Source of the DNA: Mobula hypostoma
Lineage: Eukaryota
Direction: 5' to 3'
Assembly: GCF_963921235.1 (NCBI RefSeq)
Contig: NC_086108.1
Coordinates: 108,006,001 to 108,070,000 of the forward strand
Length of the DNA: 64,000 nucleotides
The translations under genes and the position numbers were made by a program. Under the pieces are notes generated by a model. That model did no database searches. It was not told the origin of the DNA and saw nothing but the letters and a program-made list of their open reading frames with translations. Shown one piece after another: positions 1-12,165 of this stretch; the stretch's first letter is position 1, and each line of letters begins with the position of its first letter.

Positions 1-180
1 AGTCTAATGGCCACATGACATGCACGTGATTGATGCTAGTTAGAAACTGTTTGGCGACCGTCTCCTGTCCCAATGAAGGGGTATAGTGTCCCAAATAAAT
101 GAAGGAAATCCTGACTATTTTCTTGATTTATTTTTGTTATCCCAAATAAGTGACTGCCGTGATTAACTGAAATCCATTGC
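1..180. mobile_element. End of a degraded pogo/Tigger-like DNA transposon MITE
   Basis: Repeated gtccca(a)at motifs and a ttaactgaaatccattg end, resembling Tigger-type subterminal repeats. Confidence 0.35.
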
Positions 181-559
181 ATTTATTGTGTTTAGTTTTT
201 ATTATTATTGTGTTCTTTACCTGATTGTATTTTGTGTGCCACATTGGATTATTTCATTCTCCTTTACATTTGTACACTGGAAATCTTAATCTCAAATCTC
301 AAATCTTAAAACTTAAAGTGCACAAGCAAGGAAAGTCAGAGAAGATGCAGGTTAATTAAAGTGGAATTATGTTGAGGTTCGATTGTCAGATGCCTCGCCA
401 GGGCCATTGTTTCCAGTCCCTCTGTGGGCCAGCCTTTACAATGTCACCTTGCCCTTTGCTGCTGCCTTTGTTCCAAAAGCAGGCACACCGTTATAACTGG
501 AGCTCAGAGTAGTGTGACTCGAGACAGACACCTGGGATCTTCAATCGAAACTCTATTGT

Positions 560-1100
560 TCACGATTGTTTAATGTCATTTCCTGTACGCAAGTGTAAAG
601 GAGAATAAAATATTTGTTACTCTGGATCTGATGCAGCACAAAAAACATAATAAAATAAGGAACACAATAATAATGATAAAACACAATAAATATAAATACA
701 TAAGATAGCTTATATACATGATTGTATGTTCGTAAGTGACACTAAGCACAGAGTGTCTGTACATATGCTAACTGACAGGAATTGATAATGGGGGTGTGGA
801 GGGGTGGGTTAGTGGGTGGAGGTGTTGATCAGCCTTACTGCTTGGGGAAAGTAACTGTTTTTGAGTCTGGAAGTCCTGGTGTGGATGCAGCATGGCCTCC
901 TGCCTGATGGGAGTGGGACAAGCAGTCCATGAGCAGGGTGGGTGGGATCCTGCATGATGTTACTGGCCCTTCTCCAGCACCTTTCTGAATATACTGTATG
1001 TCCCTGATGGCGGGTAGGCTGGTGGTAGTGTTGCATTGGGCAGTTTTGACTACCCGTCGAAGAGCTTTCTTGTCCACCGCAGTGCAGGCTGTACTGCATA
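560..1100 (-). mobile_element. Rex1/Babar-type LINE 3' fragment with 3'UTR
   Basis: ORF 809-1150 contains DPTHPAHGLLVPLPSGRR...TSRLKNSYFPQAVRLIN, the family C-terminal motif. A similar tail recurs at about 52870-53070. Confidence 0.75.
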
Positions 1101-1325
1101 AGGCAGTTCTCCTTCCATTGAAGTTCCTTTGTCTCTATGTCAGTGGCCAATCTGACATTGAAACAAAGAGTAAAAGAAATTTGGGGAGGCTTTTAGTGCA
1201 GAAGCAGGCACTATGGCTCATTATTTCCTTGCTGACAGCCGCACCCATCTAATTTACCTTCATTAAATCCATAATCTCTGCAGCCCTGGTGTGAGCACAC
1301 AAAAGGAGGCTTCTCTTGCTGATAA

Positions 1326-1620
1326 AGCACAACCTCAGAATAGAAGGGCATCCCTTTAGAACAGTGATGAGGGGTAATTTCTTAAACCAGATGGTGGTAA
1401 ATCTGTGGAATTCATTGCCACAAGCAGCTATGGAGGACAAGTCATTGGGTATACGTAGAGCTGATCGTGATAGGTTTTTGAATAGTAAGGGTGTCAAAGG
1501 TTACGGGGAGAAGGCAGGAGAATGGGGTTGAGAGGGATGATAAATCAGACATGATCGAATGGCGGAACAGACTTGATGGGCCAAATGGCCTGATTCTGAT
1601 CCTATGCCTTATGGTCTTAT
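1326..1620 (+). mobile_element. CR1 LINE 3' end
   Basis: HNLRIEGHPFRTVMRGNFLNQMVVNLWNSLP (CR1 ORF2 C-terminus) followed by the gggccaaatggcct...tatggtcttat tail. Confidence 0.85.
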
Positions 1621-2704
1621 AATCTAAAAATTCAAAATACTTGGAACATAGAGCAGTACAGTGCAGGAACAGGGTCAGTGTTGTGCTGAACTATTTAAGC
1701 TCAGTCCCTTCTCCGGTACTTGGTCCATATCCCTCCAGCCTCTGCGTATTCATAATCCTCAGTCACCTCTATCGTATCTGCTTCCACCCTTGACAGCACA
1801 TTCCAGATAACTACCATTCTATGTAAAAAGATTTGTCCTCTACATCTCATTTGTAATTTCCCCCTTTCACCTGAAAAGTTTGTCCTCTAGTTTTAGACAC
1901 TTCCATCCTGTTTTGATGTCAGATTGGTCACTGGGGTAAAAGCTACTGGCTGCCTACTCTATTCGTGCTTATCGTAATCCTACGAACTTTGATCAAGTCT
2001 CCCCTCAGCTCCAAAGAAAACTACCTAATTTTTCTCCAGCCTCCCCTAATAATGTCTCTCTACTTTCTGGTCGCTCCTTTTTTCTGTATTTTGGGTGATT
2101 TTGATTGGGGCAGTCTGCAGATAAGGAATGACGCAGGGCTCAATTGAAAAGAACTGAGCTGAGCTGAATATGCCTGGACTGCTTTGATTTATGTGTTTTT
2201 GTTCCCTTTTTTAACCATTGGCGTGATTTGGTTTTCTTTGTGCATTGGGTGGGGGGAGAGGATGGTGTGGTATATTTCTTTATACGGGATGCAGGGTTTT
2301 CTTTGTCTTGCGTGGCTGTCTGTGGGAAGATGAATCTCAGAGAGATAGAATGCAGACATAACTTTGACAATAAATGTACTTTGTATCTTTGAACCGTACA
2401 GCATTTGTCCTCTAATGCAGGTAGCAGGGCCCTTGGCATCCAGCAATCTATAGCCAGTAAAATTAAAGAGAAGCAGGCTCTTTCGCCCATTGAGTTCATG
2501 CCAGTCATCGACTACCCACTTACACTAAACTTGGCATTAATTCCATCTTCTCACATTCTTATCAAATCCTCCTTTAGATTGTGCCACTACCTACAGTGCT
2601 GAACTGCCAAGACGCATTTCCTTGGGATGTGGGAGTAGACAGGAGCCCCCCCAGAGGAAACGCATATGGTCACAGAGAAAGCGTGCAAATTCCACACATA
2701 TGAT

Positions 2705-3170
2705 GCCCTGTCTTTAGAGGATAGGCTGAGTGAGTTATCTTCCTTGCCAAGGAGGATGGGCTGTGACTCGTACAAGGTGATGAGAGCCATGGATCAAGTG
2801 GACAGCCAGGGACTGCCTCCCAGGGTGGAAGTGCCTAATCCAAGGGGTGATAATTTAGAGGAAAGTATAGTGGGGTGTCAGAGGTAGGTCTTTACTCAGA
2901 GCGTAGGTGTGTGGAATGCACTGCCAGGGGTTCTGTTGAGGCAGACACATTAGAGACATACAGTCACAGAAAAATACAGTGCGGAGAGGGCCCCTCGGCC
3001 CATCTACTCCATGCCGAACCATTTAAACTGCCTACTCCCATCAACCTGCACGGGGACCATAGCCCTCCATGCCCGTACCATCCGTGTACCTATCCAAGCT
3101 TCTTTTAAACATCAAAATCAAGCTGGCAGCTCATTCCGCACTCTCACAACCCTCTGAGTGATCCTCTTAA
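2705..3170. mobile_element. Two CR1 3' fragments in opposite orientation (+ about 2705-2960, - about 2960-3170)
   Basis: EDRLSEL and VWNALP-type coding remnants on +, then a reverse CR1 tail. Confidence 0.7.
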
Positions 3171-3744
3171 GGACATTTCCATCACTGAGATGTTCCCACA
3201 ACCCGTGGATTCACTTTCGAGGACTTTTCATCTCTCTTCTCAGTAGTTATTGCTTATTTATTTATAATTATTTCTTTATTTTTGTATTTGCACTTTGTTG
3301 TCTTTTTCACGTTGGTTGAATGCCCATTTTGATGCGCTCTTTTATTGATCCTGTTATGGATATTATTCCATTATGGATTTATTGAGTATGCCCGTAAGAA
3401 AGTGAGCCTCAGGGATGTATATGTACTTTGATAATAAATTTACTTTGAACTCTGAACTTTAAGAAACTCTTAGCCAGGCACATGGGTGGTAGAAAAAAAT
3501 GGAGGGTGGTGTGAGAGGGAAGGGTTAAATTGAATGTAGAGCGGGTGAAACGATCGGTACAACATTGTGGACCAAAGAGCTGTAATGTTGGGGTGCCCCG
3601 GTAGCGTTGTGGTTATTACAGCTCAGGGTGGCGGTATTCGGAGTTCAATTCCAGCATCCTCTGGAGAAAGTTTTGCACGTTCCTTCCCGTGTGCGTGTGA
3701 GTTTTCTCTAAGTGCTCCCGGTTTATTTTCCACATGACATAAGG

Positions 3745-4963
3745 CAGCGGTCCCCAACCACCGGGCCGCGGACTGGTACCGGGCCGCAGAGCATGCGCTA
3801 CCGGGCCGCGAGGAAGCGATCTGATTTGGTCAGCTGCACCTTTCCTCATTCCCTGTCATGGCCACTGATCAGCCATTACGCATGCGAGGTCATGACCCGC
3901 GCGTCATCCGTGTCAGGGCGGGAAGGCGATTAACTCCTCGAGCTTGCAAATGTCGACGGGCTGAAAAGTATGTTTGACATAACATCTCTGTCGGCATTTT
4001 GGATCATAGTCAAGGCTAAGTATCCTGAGATAGCCATGAAAGCACTGAAAACGTTGCTTTCATTTCCAACATTTTTCTGCGAAGTGGAGTTTTCTGCAAT
4101 GAATGCAGCGAAAACGAAACTGCGGAATAGACTGGACATCAGGAACCCCCTTCGAGTATTGCTGTCTCCCGTCACACTTCGATGGGGCCGTGTTGTTGCA
4201 GGGAAACAAGCCCAGGGCTCCCACTGATTCAGCAATATTGGTGTGTTGCAATGATTTTTATATATTCATACGGGGAAAATATGTGCTGTGCGTTTAATAT
4301 CCAAATATTACTTAAAATGTGATCATACTATTGACTTATAAGTGACTTATATAAACATATAACAATTACAACACGGAAACAGGCCATCTCGGCCCTTCTA
4401 GTCCGTGCCGAACGCTACTCTCACCTAGTCCCACCGACCTGCACTCAGCCCATAACCCTCCATTCCTTTCCTGTCCATATACCTGTCCAATTTTTCTTTA
4501 AATGATCATATCGAACCTGCTTCTGCCACTTCTACTGAAGTTCGTTCAACACTTCAAGCTCCCCGATAATTGACTTATCATTATATCCATGCGAGGAAAA
4601 TATGCGCTGTGTGTTTAATATAAATTCGTTAGATAAACCCTTTTAGAAACAAAATTGAGTATATTACCCACTTATCACCTATATTCCGGTAGTGATTAAC
4701 ACCCACCCCCACGAACAGAATCGCCAAAAAGGATTTGCTGGGCGGGGGGGGGTGGTGGAAATCGGCAGGTCACGACACGCATGCGCATTGGTGCCCACAG
4801 AAGGCTTCATGGTTATTGTAGTCTTTTGGGTAAACAACATATTTGACTGCTACTCTTGTTCGTTGGCAACCCTACCCCCCCCCCGCCCCCCCAGTCGGCC
4901 GGTCCGCAAGAATATTGTCAATATTAAACCGGTCCGCAGTGCAAAAAAGGTTGGGGACCCCTG
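3745..4963 (+). mobile_element. Non-autonomous hAT (Charlie-type) DNA transposon with transposase C-terminal remnant
   Basis: TIRs cagcggtccccaacc / ggttggggacccctg; perfect 8-bp TSD acataagg (3737-3744 and 4964-4971). ORF 3970-4227 KYPEIAMKALKTLLSFPT..CEVEFS..KTKLRNRL matches the hAT dimerisation domain. Confidence 0.92.
4352..4545 (-). mobile_element. CR1 3' tail nested inside the hAT element
   Basis: acaacacggaaacaggcc...ctagtcccac...cataaccctccat is the reverse CR1 3'UTR seen elsewhere in the window. Confidence 0.75.
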
Positions 4964-5916
4964 ACATAAGGTACCAGTTAGTTAGTTAAATGGACACTGT
5001 AAATTGTCGCACGATTAGGTTTGGTTAAATTAGTGTTTTGCTGGGCAGTATGGCTCGTTGGGCTGGAAGGGCCTTTTCCGTTCGGTATCTCTAAGTAAAA
5101 TCAAATAATTAAATGAGTGACCTTGAAAAGGTCACCATTCCATCCAGCCCTGCGTTAGTCCCAACCTGTGATGCAGCATCCCTGACCGACTGCGGGCAGG
5201 AGGAGTAAGCTGATACGCTCTAGCATCTTTTGTTTAGGTCAGGCAGCCTGCCCCAGCAGAAGGAACAATGGCACATTGTATGCTGCGACGGCGTTCACAT
5301 CGGAAGAATAGAGATTTCTGTGTCAAGGGACCAAGCTCGTGAGTGCCCTCTCCTCTACCAGGGTCGGTTCCCTGATCTCAGACAATGGCCCGCTTCAGTC
5401 CATGACTTCCTGTCGTTAAGTTTATTGAAGTGTCTCTTGGATAATTTCATCCAGCCCTCCACGTCTGGTCGATGCTTGCAAGGCAAACAGTTTGAGGCAG
5501 ACTTAACCTGTCAACTTTGATGTGGGGTTGTTGTTTGGCACCCCCACCCCTCACCCACCCCCCCAAAATCCTGTTCCTCCTCCCTTGGCCATCTCAAACC
5601 TTACCCGATCAGTCTTCAATAAAACTGGTTGCATTCCATTTTGTGAGAGAAGTCATTTAATGTCCTTTTAGGCTTTATTGTCCTTAAAGGTAGCACAGTC
5701 ACTTTAGAGCACCAGCGATCACTGATCCTGGACCCAACATACTGATATAGCATTCATCACTGAAGACCCCCATCACCAAGGACAGGCCCTCTTCTCATTG
5801 CTACCATCAGGAAGGAGGTACAGGAGTCTGAGGACACACACTCCATGATTCAAGAGCAACTTCTGCCCTTTCACCGTCAGATTTTTGAATGGAAAATGAA
5901 CCCAAGTATCCCACTA

Positions 5917-6129
5917 ACACACATCAAAGTTGCTGGTGAACGCAGCAGGCCAGGCAGCATCTCTAGGAAGAGGTGCAGTCAATGTTTCAGGCCGATCCTG
6001 ATGAAGGGTCTCGGCCTGAAACGTCGACTGCCCCTCTTCCTAGAGATGCTGCCTGGCCTGCTACGTTCACCAGCAACTTTGATGTGTGTTGCTTGAATTT
6101 CCAGCATCTGCAGAATTCCTGTTGTTTGT
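5917..6129. mobile_element. Palindromic mini Penelope-like element inserted into a Rex-type LINE tail
   Basis: Inverted arms of about 78 bp; 15-bp direct flank duplication ccaagtatcccacta (5902-5916 and 6130-6144). Confidence 0.8.
5998..6030 (+). ncRNA. Minimal hammerhead ribozyme core (PLE type), with the 5' strand of stem I truncated
   Basis: CTGATGA-agggtctcggcct-GAAA-cg-TC-gactg. Confidence 0.6.
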
Positions 6130-7146
6130 CCAAGTATCCCACTATTCTTTTTTTCTGTTTTTTTTTTAATTGCTTTTTTTTTGCACAACTTATGGTCTTT
6201 AAAAATATTATGCATTACATTGTACTGCTACCACAAAACAAATTTCAGGACATATGCCCGTGATATTAAACCTGAATCCAATTCTGAATTACCGCTGCCC
6301 TCTTTAAGGAGCTTGTATGTTCTCCCTGTAATCGCATGGGTTTTTCTGGGTGCTCTAGTTTCCTCCCATATTCCAAAGATGTATGGGTCAGGGGTAGTGA
6401 GTGGTGAGCATGCTGTGTTGGCTCAGGAAGCGTAGTGACATTTGCGGGCTGTCCCCAGCACAGTCCCCAGATGATCGTTGATTAGTATAGGCTTATTATT
6501 GTCATGTACCGAGATACAGTGAAAAGCTTATCTTGCATTCTGTTCACACAGATCAGATCATTACGCAGTGCCTTGTGGTAGAACAATGTAAAACAGTAAC
6601 AGTGTACAATGAAGTGTAAAAGCTACAGAGAAGGTACAGTGCAAGATCCTAACGAGGCAGATTGTGAGGCCAAGAGTCCATCTCATCGTACAAGAGGTCC
6701 ATTTAAGACTTTGATGACAGCAAGACAGAAGCTGTTTGAGCCTGGTGGTACGTGCATTCAGGCTTTTGTACCTTCTGCCCAGTGGGATAGGAGAGAAGAG
6801 AGAATGCCTGGAGTGGGTGGGGTCTACCAAATGACTGATCTCCCTGATTGAAAAGTTCATGCTGGGGTATCTAGTGTGGATTATATTCAAGGTAACTGCA
6901 AAGTCAAAAGGATCAAGTTTATTCTCAAAGGCACAAGTAGATGTATGTACGTGTAATGAATGAACTGACGTCAGCGTCACAGGAATATAGCATGAGATAA
7001 ACAGCATTCACAAAAATGGACACAATTTGTCCACTTTAGTACAAAGCAGTCATCGCATTGCTGAACTGCAGTGATTAGGATTGTGTTGGTTGGTTCAAGA
7101 ACTGAATGGCTGAAGGGCAGAAGCTGCTCCTAAACCTGGTGATGTC

Positions 7147-9176
7147 AGACTTCAGACTAATGTATCTCCTGACCAATGGTCGATGGGAGAAGATGGTATG
7201 GGGACTTCAGACTAATGTATCTCCTGACCAATGGTCGATGTGAGAAGATGGTATGGGGACTTCAGTCTAATGTGTCTCCTGACCAATGGTCGATGTGAGA
7301 AGATGGTATGGGGACTTCAGACTTCTGTGTCTCCTGACCAATGGTCGATGTGAGAAGATGGTATGGGGACTTCAGACTAATGTATCTCCTGACCAGTGGT
7401 CGATGTGAGAAGATGATATGGGGACTTCAGACTAATCTCCTAACCAATGGTCGATGTGAGAAGATGGTATGGGGACTTCAGACTTCTGTGTCTCCTGACC
7501 AATGGTCGATGTGAGAAGATGGTATGGGGACTTCAGTCTAATGTGTCTCCTGACCAATGGTCGATGTGAGAAGATGGTATGGGGACTTCAGACTAATGTA
7601 TCTCCTGACCAATGGTCGATGTGAGAAGATGATATGGGGACTTCAGACTAATGTATCTCCTAACCAATGGTCGATGTGAGAAGATGGTATGGGGACTTCA
7701 GACTTCTGTGTCTCCTGACCAATGGTCGATGTGAGAAGATGGTAAGGGGACTTCAGACTAATGTGTCTCCTAACCAGTGGTCGATGTGAGAAGATGGTAT
7801 GGGGACTTCAGACTAATGTATCTCCTGACCAATGGTCGATGTGAGAAGATGGTATGGGGACTTCAGACTAATGTATCTCCTGACCAATGGTCGATGTGAG
7901 AAGATGGTATGGGGACTTCAGTCTAATGTGTCTCCTGACCAATGGTCGATGTGAGAAGATGGTATGGGGACTTCAGACTAATGTGTCTCCTGACCAATGG
8001 TCGATGTGAGAAGATGGTATGGGGACTTCAGACTAATGTATCTCCTGACCAATGGTCGATGTGAGAAGATGATATGGGGACTTCAGACTTCTGTGTCTCC
8101 TGACCAATGGTCGATGTGAGAAGATGGTATGGGGACTTCAGTCTAATGTGTCTCCTGACCAATGGTCGATGTGAGAAGATGGTATGGGGACTTCAGACTA
8201 ATGTATCTCCTGACCAATGGTCGATGTGAGAAGATGATATGGGGACTTCAGACTAATGTATCTCCTAACCAATGGTCGATGTGAGAAGATGGTATGGGGA
8301 CTTCAGACTTCTGTGTCTCCTGACCAATAGTCGATGTGAGAAGATGGTAAGGGGACTTCAGACTAATGTGTCTCCTGACCAGTGGTCGATGTGAGAAGAT
8401 GGTATGGGGACTTCAGACTAATGTGTCTCCTGACCAGTGGTCGATGTGAGAAGATGGTATGGGGACTTCAGACTAATGTATCTCCTGACCAATGGTGGAT
8501 GTGAGAAGATGGTATGGGGACTTCAGACTAATGTATCTCCTGACCAGTGGTCGATGTGAGAAGATGGTATGGGGACTTCAGACTAATGTGTCTCCTGACC
8601 AGTGGTCGATGTGAGAAGATGGTATGGGGACTTCAGACTAATGTGTCTCCTGACCAATGGTCGATGTGAGAAGATGGTTTGGGGACTTCAGACTTCTGTG
8701 TCTCCTGACCAATGGTAGATGTGAGAAGATGGTATGGGGACTTCAGTCTAATGTGTCTCCTGACCAATGGTCGATGTGAGAAGATGGTATGGGGACTTCA
8801 GACTAATGTGTCTCCTGACCAATGGTCGATGTGAGAAGATGGTATGGGGACTTCAGACTAATGTATCTCCTGACCAATGGTCGATGTGAGAAGATGATAT
8901 GGGGACTTCAGACTAATGTATCTCCTAACCAATGGTCGATGTGAGAAGATGGTATGGGGACTTCAGACTTCTGTGTCTCCTGACCAATGGTCGATGTGAG
9001 AAGATGGTATGGGGACTTCAGACTAATGTATCTCCTGACCAATGGTCGATGTGAGAAGATGGTATGGGGACTTCAGACTAATGTATCTCCTGACCAATGG
9101 TCGATGTGAGAAGATGATATGGGGACTTCAGACTTCTGTGTCTCCTGACCAATGGTAGATGTGAGAAGATGGTATG
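7147..9176. repeat. 55-bp minisatellite, about 37 copies, derived from a Rex/Babar LINE segment
   Basis: Unit gggacttcagactaatgtatctcctgaccaatggtcgatgtgagaagatggtatg, period 55. Both flanks continue as minus-strand LINE (HHPGHTIFSHLPLVRRHRSLK). Confidence 0.95.
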
Positions 9177-9644
9177 GCCTGGATGGTGGGACTCTTTGAT
9201 GATGGATGCTGCCTTCTTGAGGCAGCACCTGTTGTAGATGCCAGCAATGGTGTGGAAGGAAGTTTCCCACAAGTTGTATTGAGCTGAGTCCTCTTCGCTC
9301 TGCAATTTATGTTCCTGTGCCAGACCATGGTTACGTAGCCTGTGAGTGTTCTCCCTGGGGATAGGCCTGCACTCCGGTGAGGAGGTAACCTGAACAGCCT
9401 GTGCCTGTGATGCTGTATCCCACCGAGCTTCAGTTAATTGCAAGAGAGTTGGGAGAGGAAAACACTGCAGTGAGATAAAAACATTTGAACAGAAATAAGT
9501 CTATTCCCTGCATAATAGTTTTGTGACTAACAATGAAAGACCGATGCTTTGAATGTGATTCCCTAGTGTAGGCCAATTTCACCCACACGGATTTAATTCA
9601 GACATGAGCTTGGTTGCTTGTCATATACTTTGGGTAAGAATGTC

Positions 9645-10050
9645 TCAATTTCATGCTTATTGCCATTCAACCGTATACTTGTATACCACCAAACGAAACA
9701 ACATCCTTGTAGGTCAAGGTGCACAACACAGTACATATAACTCACACACGACACATAAAGTAATATTACCACAAAACAAATTAACAAATAATGAGGTGCA
9801 TTTACAATACAAAGTAAAAAAATAAACAGTAGAATGCAAAAACGCTGTTGGCGCATCTTAAGTGATGAGATATGGTGGTGGCAGGGAGTTCAGTAGTCTC
9901 ACGGCCTGGGGGAAGAAGCTGCTTCCCATCCTACAAGTCCTTGCCCTAATGCGAAGGGACCTCCCGTGTAATGGTAGGGGGCCAAAGAGATTGTTGGACA
10001 AATGGGAGGGATCATTCACAATGCTAAGGGTCCCATGTGTGCTGTGCTCC
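9645..10050 (-). mobile_element. Rex/Babar-type LINE 3' fragment
   Basis: tttattg-type tail plus ggggaagaagctg...gatcattcacaatgct, homologous to the other copies. Confidence 0.6.
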
Positions 10051-11593
10051 CGATAAATATCTCTGATGTGTGGATTGAGATTGGTGGAGTTGTATCCACT
10101 GAGGATGGTTGCCTTAGGATACAGAGGGATGTGGATTGGCTGGAAAGCTGGGCAAAGCTGCGGAAAATGGAATTTAATCCATTTTAATCCAAGGTAGCGT
10201 AGCGGTTAGCTTGTACCTATTGCAGCTTGGGGTGTCAGAGTTCAGAGTCCAATTTCATAGTCACCTATAAGGATTTTGTATGTTTTTCCCCATGAACATA
10301 TCGGGTTCCTCTGGGTGTACATTCCAAAGAGGTACAGTTAGTAGGTGAACTAACTGGGCATTGTCAATTAGATTATGAAGACATGTAGTCCTCTTTTATT
10401 GTCATTTAGTAAAGCATGCATTAAGAAATGATACATTATTTCCTCCGGTGTGATATCACAAAACACAGGACAGACCAAGACTGAAAAAACTGACAAAACC
10501 ACATAATTATAACATATAGTTACAAACAGTGCAACAATACCATAACTTGATGAAGAAGTCCATGAGCACAGTAAAGTTCAAGGTTTCTCAAATGTTCCAC
10601 ATCTCACGCAGACGGAAGAAAAACTCTCCCTGCCATGCCGACCACAATCCAACTCGGAGTCATTCGAAAACTTCGAGCTCTGATCAGCTCTCCGACACCG
10701 AGTACTGAGTGCCATCTCTGTCCGAACGACTCGACCTCCTTCTCGGTCGCCAAAAGCAGGCAAGGCCGGGGATTTTGAGGCCTACCCTCCGAAAGATTCA
10801 CGACCACATAGTAACGACAGCAGTGAACGGGCATTTCAGAAATTTCTCCAGGTGTTCCTCTGTGCTTTCACGTCCATTCTCCATCAAATCAGAATTGTCC
10901 ACAGCCCCTATTTAACAGATACGATATCATTTTTCACCGGAGGGCTGCGCTCTGGCTGAAACTCTGTCAGGCAGCCAGTCGGAATGCTCTCTGTGCGGGC
11001 AGCAATTGAACTGTGCTGGAGTCTCTCCTCAAGCTCCCAGCCAACTGGAGCCTCTGACGTTCATTCATAGTGATTGTATCCCAGTGAAGGCAGTGTGCAA
11101 TGTGGTGGCCCTGATGCCCTGGTTCTCTGCTATATGACCCCATGTCACTGTTGAAGAACAAAAGAAACAGAAGCAGAAGGCTCTCTTTTAAGAGCCTCTT
11201 AGATAGGTACATGGAGTTTAGTAAAATCGAGGGCTACGCGGAAGGGGAATTCTAGGCAGCTTCTAGAGTAGATTACATAGTCGGCACAATATTGTGGGCC
11301 GAAGGGTCTGTAATGTGCTGTAGATTTTCTATGTTTCCAGGCTTGGTAGAGCAACTGTTCTGCCCGAGACTGCAAGGACACAGTCCAGCACATTATGGAA
11401 ACGACTCTGTCTATATTTCTCACTGCCTCTGTAAAACAGCCAGCATAATAAACTCATCTGACTCATCCCAATCATTCTCTCTTCTCTCGTCTTCCATCAG
11501 GCAAAAGATACAAAAGCCTGAGAGCACATAATGCTAAGCCCAAGGACAGCTTCTACCCCACTGTTATAAAGCTATTGAATATTTCTCTAGTAC

Positions 11594-11670
11594 GGGGGTT
11601 CCCAGTCCTATTTATGCCATGAACCAATGACATAAGCAAGGGTCCGTGAACCCCAAGTTGGGAACCCCTG
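11594..11670. mobile_element. About 75-bp hAT-type MITE
   Basis: gggggttccca ... ttgggaacccctg termini; sister copies at about 45060-45128 and 60717-60796. Confidence 0.65.
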
Positions 11671-11784
11671 CCCTCGTATAAGATAGACGCTTGACCTCAC
11701 AATCTACCTTGTCATGGCCTTGCACCTTCTATCCTGCTGTTATAAGACCATTACAATGTCTCCTAGTAATGTAGTAATGTAACG

Positions 11785-12165
11785 GTAGTGTAGTGGTGAG
11801 CACAATGCTTTACAGTACCAGCGACCTGGGTTCAATTCCCGCCACTGTCTGTAAAGAGGTTGTACGTTCTCCCCATAACTGCGTGGAGGGAGGAGGAGTG
11901 GCACATTAGGGTAGTTGTCAGCACAGTGCTTTACAGCAACAGCGAACCAGGTTCAATTCCCGCCACTGTCGGTAAGTAGTTAATATGTTCTCCCTTTACC
12001 ACATGGGTTTCCTCCAGATTCACAGTCCAAAGACTGGTAGGTTAATAGGTCATTGTCAATTGTTCTGCGATTAAGCTAGGGTTATATACGAGGGTTGCTG
12101 GCTGGCGTGGCTCGAAGGGCCAGAAGGGCCTATTCCTCGCTGTATCTTAAAAAGTAAATAAATAA
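11785..12165 (+). mobile_element. tRNA-derived SINE with a duplicated head
   Basis: Two successive heads gtag..gcaca.tgctttacag...ggttcaattcccgccactgtc at about 11785 and 11910, followed by the body and an A-rich tail. Confidence 0.7.

Larger units (their letters stand above)
3590..5110 (+). mobile_element. tRNA-derived SINE split by the hAT insertion
   Basis: Head gtagcg...gagttcaattcc at about 3600-3655. The body resumes after the TSD at 4972 (taccagttag...tgtaaattgtc...gaagggcc...gtatctctaa). The same family recurs many times in the window. Confidence 0.7.

Noticed and set aside
3970..4227. Domesticated ZBED/SCAND3-like gene
   Set aside because: Lies within a TIR- and TSD-bounded non-autonomous hAT element and is only a short C-terminal remnant.
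7147..9176. CRISPR-like array
   Set aside because: Units are contiguous, near-identical 55-mers with no unique spacers, there are no cas genes, and the unit derives from a LINE in vertebrate DNA.
9320..9470. Possible minus-strand exon after a ctcactgcAG acceptor
   Set aside because: No recognisable protein, no clear donor, and opposite to the supported gene strand.
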